Source: an uncultured Acidimicrobiia bacterium (GTDB taxonomy: Bacteria > Acidobacteriota > Terriglobia > Versatilivoradales > Versatilivoraceae). From it: 64,000 nucleotides of DNA. Under the pieces are notes generated by a model, which searched no databases, was not told where the DNA came from, and worked only from the letters and a program-made list of their open reading frames with translations. Where the stretch lies: positions 288,001-352,000 of the forward strand of contig CAWBAT010000003.1 in assembly GCA_963786955.1 (NCBI GenBank), given 5' to 3'. A program made the position numbers and the translations under genes. Shown one piece after another: positions 11,179 to 20,428 of the stretch (position 1 is the stretch's first letter; every line of letters begins with the position of its first letter).

Positions 11179-11718
11179 AACAAACTACCCCTTGAGTGCG
11201 ACGTAGACTTTTTTGCAAAGGCTCCCTTGCCAGATTCCTTTCTCGATCTTCAGAGCTAGCGGCTCATCGAGGACCGTACGCTGTCTACCGGCGGCCTTAG
11301 CTGGGTCTACGGGCTAAATTCCTTAGCTTTCTCCAGCCATGATTCGAACTGGAGAAGGCGGAAGGATCTCGGCCGAGTTTTTGAACCACGCACCCAGGGT
11401 TTTCTTGCTTGAGGATCGGCTCGTATCGAGTCCGTCCATGCACCCATCAGGATCAAGGCTATCGAGGACCATTGGCCTCATTAGCCCCTGGCGCCGTGCG
11501 GCGCCCCAGAAAATCGTTGGTACCAGACCGTGTCCAATGGGCGTGACCGGGTCACAGAATCGGTGGTTCTCCAAGCCAACCGGCTTGGACCAGCGCCGGG
11601 CAGGCTCGCGGTCTGGGCGTGCTCGAAAACATCAGCCTATATCGGGACGGGGACTGTGTCCAATCAGACAGCTGGATTTACACCAGCGCCACCCAAGGCT
11701 CACAGCCCCCACCCAGCT
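11179..11718 (-). ncRNA. Predicted bridge/seek RNA region, copy 1
   Basis: Mirror of 14561-15100. Confidence 0.65.
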
Positions 11719-12738
11719 TTAGCTGCTGAACAAGCGGGTCGGTTCAAACCGCACCTGATCTCGCAGCACATAATAACAGGCCCGCGCCAGCTTGTGAGCC
11801 AGGGCCTTAATTGCCAGCGTCCGATTGACGGCGGCTGTTTTCCGTTCCACAAATCGTCGGGCTGACCCATACGACCGGGCCGCGTGGGTCGCTGCCTCCA
11901 CAAAGGCCCAGGCCAGATACCGGTTGCCGTTATGGCGGTTGTTCTCCCCTTTCTTCTTCTGGTTGCTCAACCGGGTGCTGGCGACACAGCGGCAGTAAGA
12001 GGCGTAATCACCGACTTGAGGGAATCGCCCGATGTCGCCGGTCTCCAGCCAGATGGTCAGGGCGAGAATTGGTCCCACCCCATAGACACTTTGCAACAAC
12101 TCAAAGGAGGCTTCCGGCTTGGCCTGGCTCTTGAGCTGTTTCTCAATGACCGCAATCTGTTTGTCCAGAGCCTGGATCACCAGCAGCGAACTCTCCACCG
12201 CCAGCCTCCGTTCCCGGTCGGGAAACAACTCCCGAACCTCGGCGACACTCAGCTGCCGAATCGGGGTGTCGGGACTGCGCCGTCCCTGGTGGCGACTCAA
12301 CAGATTGTTGACGTGCAATAACTGACTGGTGCATTGCCTCACCAGAAAACTGCGTTGTCGCAACAGATCTCTCAGTGGCCGCTGCCCAGCCGGGTAAATG
12401 TAGCCGGTTGGCAAAAGCTTCAGCCGCAGCATCTCCCCCAGCCAGCGCGCATCTGACTTGTCGTCACTGTACTTGAGCCCCTGGTACTGCTGCATCGCAT
12501 TCGGGTTGGCCAGCTTCACCGAGTAGCCCGCTTCCTTCAGTCCATCCACCAACCAGTACCAGTTGTAGGTCGACTCCACGGCCAGCTCCACAATCTGCTC
12601 TCGATACGGCTCTAGTTGCTCTAGCACCACCATCATCTCATTGGGCAACCGACACCGATGCACCACGATTCCTCCTTCGTCCAGCAGCACCAGATAACTG
12701 TTGTTGGCATGCAGATCGATTCCGCCATATAGTTTCAT
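11719..12738 (-). CDS. IS110 family DEDD recombinase/transposase
   Basis: GIDLH, VEST, KYSDDKSDA, GVGP motifs. Protein identical to 13541-14560. Confidence 0.95.
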   Translation of the reverse strand: MKLYGGIDLHANNSYLVLLDEGGIVVHRCRLPNEMMVVLEQLEPYREQIVELAVESTYNWYWLVDGLKEAGYSVKLANPNAMQQYQGLKYSDDKSDARWLGEMLRLKLLPTGYIYPAGQRPLRDLLRQRSFLVRQCTSQLLHVNNLLSRHQGRRSPDTPIRQLSVAEVRELFPDRERRLAVESSLLVIQALDKQIAVIEKQLKSQAKPEASFELLQSVYGVGPILALTIWLETGDIGRFPQVGDYASYCRCVASTRLSNQKKKGENNRHNGNRYLAWAFVEAATHAARSYGSARRFVERKTAAVNRTLAIKALAHKLARACYYVLRDQVRFEPTRLFSS

Positions 12739-12832
12739 CAGAGGTCTCCTTTCGGGATTAAGTTCGGTACTTAACCCTGAGTCTATCCCATTCGGATAGA
12801 CTCAGGAGGCCTTCTAGATGATTATCAGACAT

Positions 12833-13446
12833 GCGCAGTGTGCATGTCTGCGAGGAGAAAGAATGGTCATGGGTGCGCCACCCGGCGATTTCGGGAGTCA
12901 TCTACTATTGTTTTCTGCTATTGCCTGCTCCGAGGTTCTGGGCCCACTGGCAATTCTGGGGGGGCTTGTTATCTTTGTGCCTGTTGGAATATGTAAACTG
13001 CGTGGACGCAGACGTAGCAGGTAGCGCCGAGTTGATTTTCAACTCTGCGGCTATTTGACACCGGAGAGGAGAAAAGCCGCGGACCCGAAAGTCGGGTCCG
13101 CGCTACACTCGGGCAAAGCCGCGTCGCGGCGGCCTGTCTCTAGAATAGAGTGTTTGGCAAGGATCGCAGCTCCGTCAGGAGCGACCTGTTTGCAGCCATG
13201 CTCTGCGGGAAAATGGGGGGGCCGAGACCTGGAAAGCTGGTAGCCAAGATTGACGCGCTTTTTGCGGCTATCGGGGGCTTGTACTCAGGTTATTCGCTGT
13301 CCACGATTGACCGGCATAACGTGCCGGTCAATCGTGGCTACCCATATTCTATGCCTCTACTAACTGTAAACCCGAGGACTCCTGCATCAGCTGAAGAGCC
13401 ACTTTGTTGTTGAAACATTTATCTCACGCAGACATGCGCAAACCAC
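12833..13446. repeat. 614-bp REP-rich spacer between the IS copies
   Basis: Empty catgggtgcgccacccg arm (12868-12884), a GTAG REP pair (~13020-13106) and agctccgtcaggagcgacct (also at ~51630). Confidence 0.6.
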
Positions 13447-13540
13447 ATGTCTGATAATCATCTAGAAGGCCTCCTGAGTCTATCCGAATGGGATAGACTC
13501 AGGGTTAAGTACCGAACTTAATCCCGAAAGGAGACCTCTG

Positions 13541-14560
13541 ATGAAACTATATGGCGGAATCGATCTGCATGCCAACAACAGTTATCTGGTGCTGCTGGAC
13601 GAAGGAGGAATCGTGGTGCATCGGTGTCGGTTGCCCAATGAGATGATGGTGGTGCTAGAGCAACTAGAGCCGTATCGAGAGCAGATTGTGGAGCTGGCCG
13701 TGGAGTCGACCTACAACTGGTACTGGTTGGTGGATGGACTGAAGGAAGCGGGCTACTCGGTGAAGCTGGCCAACCCGAATGCGATGCAGCAGTACCAGGG
13801 GCTCAAGTACAGTGACGACAAGTCAGATGCGCGCTGGCTGGGGGAGATGCTGCGGCTGAAGCTTTTGCCAACCGGCTACATTTACCCGGCTGGGCAGCGG
13901 CCACTGAGAGATCTGTTGCGACAACGCAGTTTTCTGGTGAGGCAATGCACCAGTCAGTTATTGCACGTCAACAATCTGTTGAGTCGCCACCAGGGACGGC
14001 GCAGTCCCGACACCCCGATTCGGCAGCTGAGTGTCGCCGAGGTTCGGGAGTTGTTTCCCGACCGGGAACGGAGGCTGGCGGTGGAGAGTTCGCTGCTGGT
14101 GATCCAGGCTCTGGACAAACAGATTGCGGTCATTGAGAAACAGCTCAAGAGCCAGGCCAAGCCGGAAGCCTCCTTTGAGTTGTTGCAAAGTGTCTATGGG
14201 GTGGGACCAATTCTCGCCCTGACCATCTGGCTGGAGACCGGCGACATCGGGCGATTCCCTCAAGTCGGTGATTACGCCTCTTACTGCCGCTGTGTCGCCA
14301 GCACCCGGTTGAGCAACCAGAAGAAGAAAGGGGAGAACAACCGCCATAACGGCAACCGGTATCTGGCCTGGGCCTTTGTGGAGGCAGCGACCCACGCGGC
14401 CCGGTCGTATGGGTCAGCCCGACGATTTGTGGAACGGAAAACAGCCGCCGTCAATCGGACGCTGGCAATTAAGGCCCTGGCTCACAAGCTGGCGCGGGCC
14501 TGTTATTATGTGCTGCGAGATCAGGTGCGGTTTGAACCGACCCGCTTGTTCAGCAGCTAA
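13541..14560 (+). CDS. IS110 family DEDD recombinase/transposase
   Basis: Same protein as copy 1; AAGGAG RBS upstream. Confidence 0.95.
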   Translation: MKLYGGIDLHANNSYLVLLDEGGIVVHRCRLPNEMMVVLEQLEPYREQIVELAVESTYNWYWLVDGLKEAGYSVKLANPNAMQQYQGLKYSDDKSDARWLGEMLRLKLLPTGYIYPAGQRPLRDLLRQRSFLVRQCTSQLLHVNNLLSRHQGRRSPDTPIRQLSVAEVRELFPDRERRLAVESSLLVIQALDKQIAVIEKQLKSQAKPEASFELLQSVYGVGPILALTIWLETGDIGRFPQVGDYASYCRCVASTRLSNQKKKGENNRHNGNRYLAWAFVEAATHAARSYGSARRFVERKTAAVNRTLAIKALAHKLARACYYVLRDQVRFEPTRLFSS

Positions 14561-15100
14561 AGCTGGGTGGGGGCTGTGAGCCTTGGGTGGCGCTGGTGTA
14601 AATCCAGCTGTCTGATTGGACACAGTCCCCGTCCCGATATAGGCTGATGTTTTCGAGCACGCCCAGACCGCGAGCCTGCCCGGCGCTGGTCCAAGCCGGT
14701 TGGCTTGGAGAACCACCGATTCTGTGACCCGGTCACGCCCATTGGACACGGTCTGGTACCAACGATTTTCTGGGGCGCCGCACGGCGCCAGGGGCTAATG
14801 AGGCCAATGGTCCTCGATAGCCTTGATCCTGATGGGTGCATGGACGGACTCGATACGAGCCGATCCTCAAGCAAGAAAACCCTGGGTGCGTGGTTCAAAA
14901 ACTCGGCCGGGATCCTTCCGCCTTCTCCAGTTCGAATCATGGCTGGAGAAAGCTAAGGAATTTAGCCCGTAGACCCAGCTAAGGCCGCCGGTAGACAGCG
15001 TACGGTCCTCGATGAGCCGCTAGCTCTGAAGATCGAGAAAGGAATCTGGCAAGGGAGCCTTTGCAAAAAAGTCTACGTCGCACTCAAGGGGTAGTTTGTT
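14561..15100 (+). ncRNA. Predicted bridge/seek RNA region (3' non-coding region)
   Basis: Structured region containing a donor match tgtctgat (14609-14616) and a target match atgggtgc (14832-14839), each closely followed by TGGAC. Confidence 0.65.
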
Positions 15101-15175
15101 CTATTGACAAAGGCCTTCTAATGGGTGCGCCACCCGAGATTTACGGGAACACCAATCTTCAAATATGATAAGGCT

Positions 15176-15751
15176 TCATTTTCGACCAGCAGCGTCAATG
15201 CTATTGGTTGGATCTGCTCCCTCCAAGTGAAACATCGGCGGTCGGTCCATAGGTCGAAGGGACATCCTTCTCCAGCAGCCGCAAGTAAACCGTGAGTTGC
15301 GTTCGATGATGGGCTGTATGCAGGACTCGCGCCAGAAGATCCAAATTCTTTCCCTTTCCACATCAAAAAAACAAACTTTCTCGAGCCACCAAGGTTCTTC
15401 CTTAGCGGCGAGAAAATTCAATCGTGGCACTGCCAACTCCACCAGGCGGGAAGCAAAATCTCCCGGCGTTTCCTGGGCGAGTAGGATCTGAGCGGGAGCA
15501 GGTTCTGGAGAGTCTAAAAACTCTCCAAAAAATCGCCGCTCTGAGAGGAGTTGATGTTTCAGGATCTCGAGCACACTGCTGGATCGTGGATGTGGCTTAA
15601 AACTCAAATCATCTAAGGTGAACTTTCCCCAAACCGAGGCGACTTTATTTGTCTCACTGACATAGGTGTCCAGAAGATGCTGGAATTGCGGGGAAATGGC
15701 TGGGGGAATCTTCGAATCTGGAATTGAAATGGTGGAGTAACCCATAGACAT
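15176..15751 (-). CDS. DinB family protein (two compensating frameshifts near the C-terminus)
   Basis: FKPHPRS..ILKHQLLSE; the alternative frame gives VLHTAHHRTQLTVYLRLL. Confidence 0.75.
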   Translation of the reverse strand: MSMGYSTISIPDSKIPPAISPQFQHLLDTYVSETNKVASVWGKFTLDDLSFKPHPRSSSVLEILKHQLLSERRFFGEFLDSPEPAPAQILLAQETPGDFASRLVELAVPRLNFLAAKEEPWWLEKVCFFDVERERIWIFWRESCIQPIIERNSRFTCGCWRRMSLRPMDRPPMFHLEGADPTNSIDAAGRK

Positions 15752-16073
15752 TTATTATACCCCTGTAAAGATGACCAGAATGGCCCGTATACTGCGAAGC
15801 AAAAACTTCTTCATGCTAGCAACCCATGGCGAAACGTCAACCAAGGTACTATTGTCCCACCGCACATTGCGGCAATATATGTCGTGATTGCGTGCTCTCT
15901 TTCTACCCTCCAAGAACCCAGTGGGATCATAGCCTTGGGGCCTGTTTCAGGGTAAACAGTGGCTTCTGAATGTCCCCCATTTTATTGGACACAAATGATG
16001 CGAGATTATAGGATGTCGGCCTAATAATGAACCGCTCACTTGGAACGATCCGTCTTCGCAATAGGAAAAGGGA

Positions 16074-17429
16074 ATGAGTTCGGGAAACAGCTCTACTGTC
16101 AGTAGCCAGCGGAATGCTTTCGCACGTTTCTTTAAGTCTGAAGCAACGAGCAGCATCCTTCTTCTGTTGTGTACGATTGTCGCCCTCCTGTGGGCGAACT
16201 CTTCAAGATCCGAGCTGTATAGTCATATTCTCCAAACTAAGGTTGGGCTTTCATGGGGGGATTCGAAGTTTGCGTTGTCTCTGCACCACTGGATTAATGA
16301 CGGCTTGATGACCTTGTTCTTCTTCATCGTCGGTTTGGAAATCAAGCGAGAAATCGTGGTCGGCCAACTCTCATCTTTCAAGAAGGCCGTTCTCCCTGTC
16401 GCTGCGGCCGTAGGTGGCATGGTTGTGCCCGCGCTGATCTACCTGAGTCTCAACGCTGGAAGCGAAGGGGCTCGCGGATGGGGCATTGCCATGGCGACGG
16501 ATATTGCCTTTGCCATTGGAATTTTGTCCCTGCTGGGTTCGCGCGTCCCGGTGGGCCTCAAACTGTTTCTCACGGCTCTAGCCATTACGGACGACCTGGG
16601 AGCCGTTCTCGTGATCGCCGTGTTCTATACGGACCATATACGAGTAGGGGCACTGTTCGCCGCGGCTGTCTTTCTCGCTCTGCTGGTTGTCGCGCAACGG
16701 TTGGGAATCCGGCTTGCCTCTGTTTATGCGGTCCTGGCTATTGGTGTCTGGGTGGCGATTGTGATGTCCGGTGTGCATGCCACCGTGGCAGGGATTCTCG
16801 TCGCCATGGTTGTGCCGGTACGCCCACGCATTGAGCCCAAGAAATTCCTCAGCATTGCCCGTGACCGCATTGGAACCCTTGAAAACAATCTCGCATCTGA
16901 GAGCACGACTCTTGTTCGAGAGCAGATCGATGCCATCGAAACATTGCATATTGCCACGAAGGACGTGATCCCAGCTGGACTCTCATTTGAGCACTATCTC
17001 CATCCGGTGACGGCCTACGTCATCATCCCGTTATTCGCGCTCTTCAACGCCGGTGTAGCGGTCAACGCCGGTGTCGTCAGTGCGTTCGTCAATCCCGTCA
17101 GTCTCGGCGTTCTCATGGGTCTCTTCGTGGGTAAGCAGGTCGGGGTCACCCTTGCAAGTTGGATTGCGATTCGCCTTCGTGCAGCCGAAATGCCTCCGGG
17201 AGTCACTTGGGGACAGATCTATGGAGCGGCCATCTTGGCGGGAATTGGTTTTACGATGTCGCTTTTTGTCGCGGATCTCGCTTTTCCGAGCGGGACTCTG
17301 ATTGGCCCGGCCAAGCTGGGCATCCTGGCCGCTTCAACACTGGCTGGCGTTGCGGGATATGGAGTACTCCGCATCGCCTTACGGAAGGTGGCTAAGCCGG
17401 CCAATATGCCATCAAGCTCCCTTCACTAA
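16074..17429 (+). CDS. nhaA: Na+/H+ antiporter NhaA
   Basis: WINDGLM, GLEIKRE, ATDIAF, TDDLG, GIGFTMSLF. Confidence 0.95.
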   Translation: MSSGNSSTVSSQRNAFARFFKSEATSSILLLLCTIVALLWANSSRSELYSHILQTKVGLSWGDSKFALSLHHWINDGLMTLFFFIVGLEIKREIVVGQLSSFKKAVLPVAAAVGGMVVPALIYLSLNAGSEGARGWGIAMATDIAFAIGILSLLGSRVPVGLKLFLTALAITDDLGAVLVIAVFYTDHIRVGALFAAAVFLALLVVAQRLGIRLASVYAVLAIGVWVAIVMSGVHATVAGILVAMVVPVRPRIEPKKFLSIARDRIGTLENNLASESTTLVREQIDAIETLHIATKDVIPAGLSFEHYLHPVTAYVIIPLFALFNAGVAVNAGVVSAFVNPVSLGVLMGLFVGKQVGVTLASWIAIRLRAAEMPPGVTWGQIYGAAILAGIGFTMSLFVADLAFPSGTLIGPAKLGILAASTLAGVAGYGVLRIALRKVAKPANMPSSSLH

Positions 17430-17433
17430 ACTC

Positions 17434-18108
17434 TCACTTGACCAAACCACGTTTTCCCATCTCCTTGTAAATCGCCTTGGCGATCCCCGCCACAGCGTCT
17501 TCGATAGATTTTGGATTCGTGGTTTGAGTCACGCTGGTCCAGAGCAGTTTGTCATCCTTGATCGAGTAAATGGTTGTTTCCACTTGGTAAATCTTATCGG
17601 TGTAGACGTAACCCGGGTCATATAGGGACGACCAGGCCCAGCCATAATATCCCCAAAAAGTTCCATAATAGGGTGGATAGGCTCCGGGTACATAGGTGAC
17701 CTTGTCCTGAGCTCGAAGCAGGCGCATGACGACCGCTCCATCAAATCCTAACTGCTGGATTTTCTGTTTGGCCTGATCTTTATTGAGGAAATCTGATTCA
17801 TTAAGGACATTATAGGCTTGGAACGGATTGCCCTTTTTGATCTCAAAGGCCATGTAGTTTTCTACTATTTGACGATTCCCCGGGTCCTTGGCAATGCAAA
17901 TAGTCAAAATATGGTTAAAAGAATAATTTCCGATACCGGGAGCTGCCCAACTCTGAATCAGCTTGGTGCCAGCCCAAACTTCGGGGAGAACAGGGGTGGT
18001 CCCAAAAAGCATTAGAAACAAAACACACCGAACAAAGAACAGACGCACAGGAAACCTCCTATTTAAATAATGAATATTTCTTATCTCTTCTTCTATTTTG
18101 GATGACAT
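17434..18108 (-). CDS. Exported hypothetical protein (DUF4136-like)
   Basis: Hydrophobic N-terminal segment, Tyr/Gly-rich loop, VETTIY...KLLW. The true start may be downstream. Confidence 0.65.
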   Translation of the reverse strand: MSSKIEEEIRNIHYLNRRFPVRLFFVRCVLFLMLFGTTPVLPEVWAGTKLIQSWAAPGIGNYSFNHILTICIAKDPGNRQIVENYMAFEIKKGNPFQAYNVLNESDFLNKDQAKQKIQQLGFDGAVVMRLLRAQDKVTYVPGAYPPYYGTFWGYYGWAWSSLYDPGYVYTDKIYQVETTIYSIKDDKLLWTSVTQTTNPKSIEDAVAGIAKAIYKEMGKRGLVK

Positions 18109-18208
18109 TCGTGTCCACTCGTGAATTGGCTAGTTATTGTCGCAGAGTTGTCAAACACTGAAATGACCAGCCAGGATTTTAAGTATCCTGTTTTATGCAA
18201 TTCATCTC

Positions 18209-18413
18209 AACCACAAAGAGCACAGAGAGAGAGAGGCGTCAAACCTTGTGCTCTGAACGGTCACCCAAGAGCTAGTCTAAGGATGTCTCTCTCCTGTAGT
18301 TTGTCAAACCATTTGCGAACATTCGCCGTGGCGGTAGAACGGTGCTGGCCACGCTTTCATATCCACCATCAGCTCCCAGAGGTCTATGCGCTCTTTGCGT
18401 TCTTTGTGGTCAA
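18209..18413. repeat. ~205-bp repeat copy A with terminal inverted 9-mer arrays
   Basis: Near-identical to 18995-19206. Confidence 0.9.
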
Positions 18414-18422
18414 ATCAACCCC

Positions 18423-18516
18423 TGGTTCCGTCAACAAATAGAGTTCACGTTTGATCTCAGCTTTCAGCTCAGCCTCAGTGGGCAGATAGAGCTTGTAGCG
18501 GCTGGTAAAGATCTTC
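18423..18516 (-). pseudogene. C-terminal remnant of a YhcG/DUF1016 PD-(D/E)XK nuclease
   Basis: Reverse frame KIFTSRYKLYLPTEAELKAEIKRE resembles the typical DUF1016 C-terminus. Confidence 0.6.
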
Positions 18517-18577
18517 TGTCGTTGCGGTTTATGACATCACAACTACAAAGAACGGAAAGGATTCCTTGCCCTGCGAT

Positions 18578-18976
18578 CTAGGCGTTCTTTGAGGCTACCT
18601 TCCCCTCCGTCCAGACAAACTTACGGATTTGAAACTTGTAAGAGCCAAAGTTGATCAGGAGCCCGTGCTCTAGACGCGTCGACTTCAAATAGCCGAGAAT
18701 CTGTGCCTCGTGTTCGGATGCCAAGGCCTTGGCTGTCTTGAGTTCGACAATCAAGGTCCCTTCCACGATCAAATCTGCCAGGTACTCTCCGATCAGGGTG
18801 CTGTCTTCATCATAAACTTTGATGGGGAATTGCTGTTTCACATCGAGACCCGTCTTGCGAAGCCGATGAGCAAGAGCATTCTCATAGACTTTCTCCAGAT
18901 GCCCATGCCCGTGGTAGATATGAATGTCATAAGCCGTCTGCCGAACAAAATCGCACAATTGGTGAATGTCTTTCAA
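18578..18976 (-). CDS. GxxExxY protein (PD-(D/E)XK nuclease-like)
   Basis: GHLEKVY, ADLIVE..IVELK, AQILGYLK, GLLINFG. Probable TTG start at 18976 after GAGGTG. Confidence 0.9.
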   Translation of the reverse strand: MKDIHQLCDFVRQTAYDIHIYHGHGHLEKVYENALAHRLRKTGLDVKQQFPIKVYDEDSTLIGEYLADLIVEGTLIVELKTAKALASEHEAQILGYLKSTRLEHGLLINFGSYKFQIRKFVWTEGKVASKNA

Positions 18977-18994
18977 CCGACACCTCTTATTAAT

Positions 18995-19206
18995 AACCGC
19001 AAAGAACACAAAGAGCACAGAGAGAGAGGCGTCAAACCTTGTGCTCTGAACGGTCACCCAAGAGCTAGTCTAAGGATGTCTCTCTCCTGTAGTTTGTCAA
19101 CCCATTTGCGAACATTCGCTGTGGCGGTAGAACGGTGCTGGCCACGCTTTCATATTCACCATCAGCTCCCAGAGGTCTATGTGCTCTTTGGGTTCTTTGC
19201 GGTCAA
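18995..19206. repeat. ~210-bp repeat copy B
   Basis: Terminal IR accgcaaagaacacaaagagcacagaga / tctatgtgctctttgggttctttgcggt. Confidence 0.9.
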
Positions 19207-19262
19207 GTTCCCTCTGGTACGAATTCTCAAGATAAATTAATCACGAACAACCTATGAAAGGA

Positions 19263-20400
19263 TCAACTCTTCGCCCGAAATCGGGCCGGTGCAAACTCAT
19301 TGACCAGAGTGTGCTCCCGAGACTGTAAGATCATACTGGCTGCCAGCACTCCCACCGAATAGCTGACGGTCACTCCATGCCCGCCCAACCCCGCAACCCA
19401 GAAGAACCCCTCAAGCTTTGGATCCCAACCAATGACGAATCGTCGATCCGGGGCGAAAGTTCTCAGGCCGCACCAGGAATTACGAATGGGCAAGTCGGCC
19501 AACTTGGGAAAGTATTGTATCGTCTTGTGTGCCAATAGTTCTAATACAGCGGGGTCCTGTGTGGGAAGACCTGGTTTCTGGAGTGACTCATCGCAAGGGC
19601 TGAGGAGTAATCCACCGGATTCAGGGCGGAAATAGATTTCATGGGAAACATCCCAGACAATGGGCCAATCGGAAGAGACCCAATCGAGAGCATCGGTGAC
19701 GAATAGATGCCGTCGAAAAGGCGACAAGGAAATAGGAGTGGCACCAGCCAGAGTGCCGACCTCTCCGGCCCAGGCACCGGCTGCATCAACCAGTATGTCG
19801 GTTTCGAATTCGTGGGCTTCAGTTTGGACGGCGGCGACACGATTTCCCCGGGTAATGGATGGCCGTCTATTTTCTCGGAAAACCGCACCTCCGCCCCCAA
19901 GGCCATGGCTGCTCCGAGATACCCATGGATGAGAGCATGGATGTCAATGACTCCATCATTGGGACACCAGACTCCACCGACTGTGGGGGAGCCTTCCAGG
20001 ACAGGCACTTTCGCGATAATCTGATCCAGCGGCAACCATTCCACTTCAATGCCCGAACGTTTAGCCAGGAGAGCATCATTTTGAAGCTGCTTCGCACCCT
20101 CTCTCGTCTGCGAGCAGGAAAGACCCGGTTTGTTGGAACGCAGGTTTCTATAGGCCACGAATCGGGCAAATGGCGCAGAAAAGCCGCTCCTCCTCGGGCC
20201 ATTGCACTGGCGGGTTCCCCAGAGATGACTTGTCGAACCATGGCCGCATTCCGTCCGGAAGCATGCATTCCAGGAACGGCTTCCTGCTCCAAAACAATGA
20301 CATTGTTCATGCCCATCTGGGTCAAGTGATAGGCCGTGGCCGCACCCGCGAATCCTGCCCCACGATGACACAACGCTTTTGGGTCATCCCATGAACTCAT
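19263..20400 (-). CDS. FAD-dependent oxidoreductase (DAO/sarcosine oxidase-like), several frameshifts
   Basis: GAGFAG, ASGRNA, GLRTFAPD, GLGGHG spread over three ORFs. Confidence 0.8.
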
Positions 20401-20428
20401 ACAACCTTTACCTTTCAAGCCTCCAACT

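Larger units (their letters stand above)
11156..12832 (-). mobile_element. IS110 family, IS1111-type element, copy 1 (1677 bp counting both ATG cores)
   Basis: Near-identical inverted copy of 13447-15123, with sub-terminal IR tagaaggcct / aggccttcta. Confidence 0.92.
13447..15123 (+). mobile_element. IS110 family, IS1111-type element, copy 2
   Basis: ATG core at 13447-13449 and 15121-15123; IRs at 13463-13472 and 15111-15120; TTGACA at 15104; GATAAT at 13453. Confidence 0.92.

Noticed and set aside
14557-14956. Short ORFs in the IS1111 3' region as passenger genes
   Set aside because: No recognisable motifs, and the region is better explained as structured RNA.
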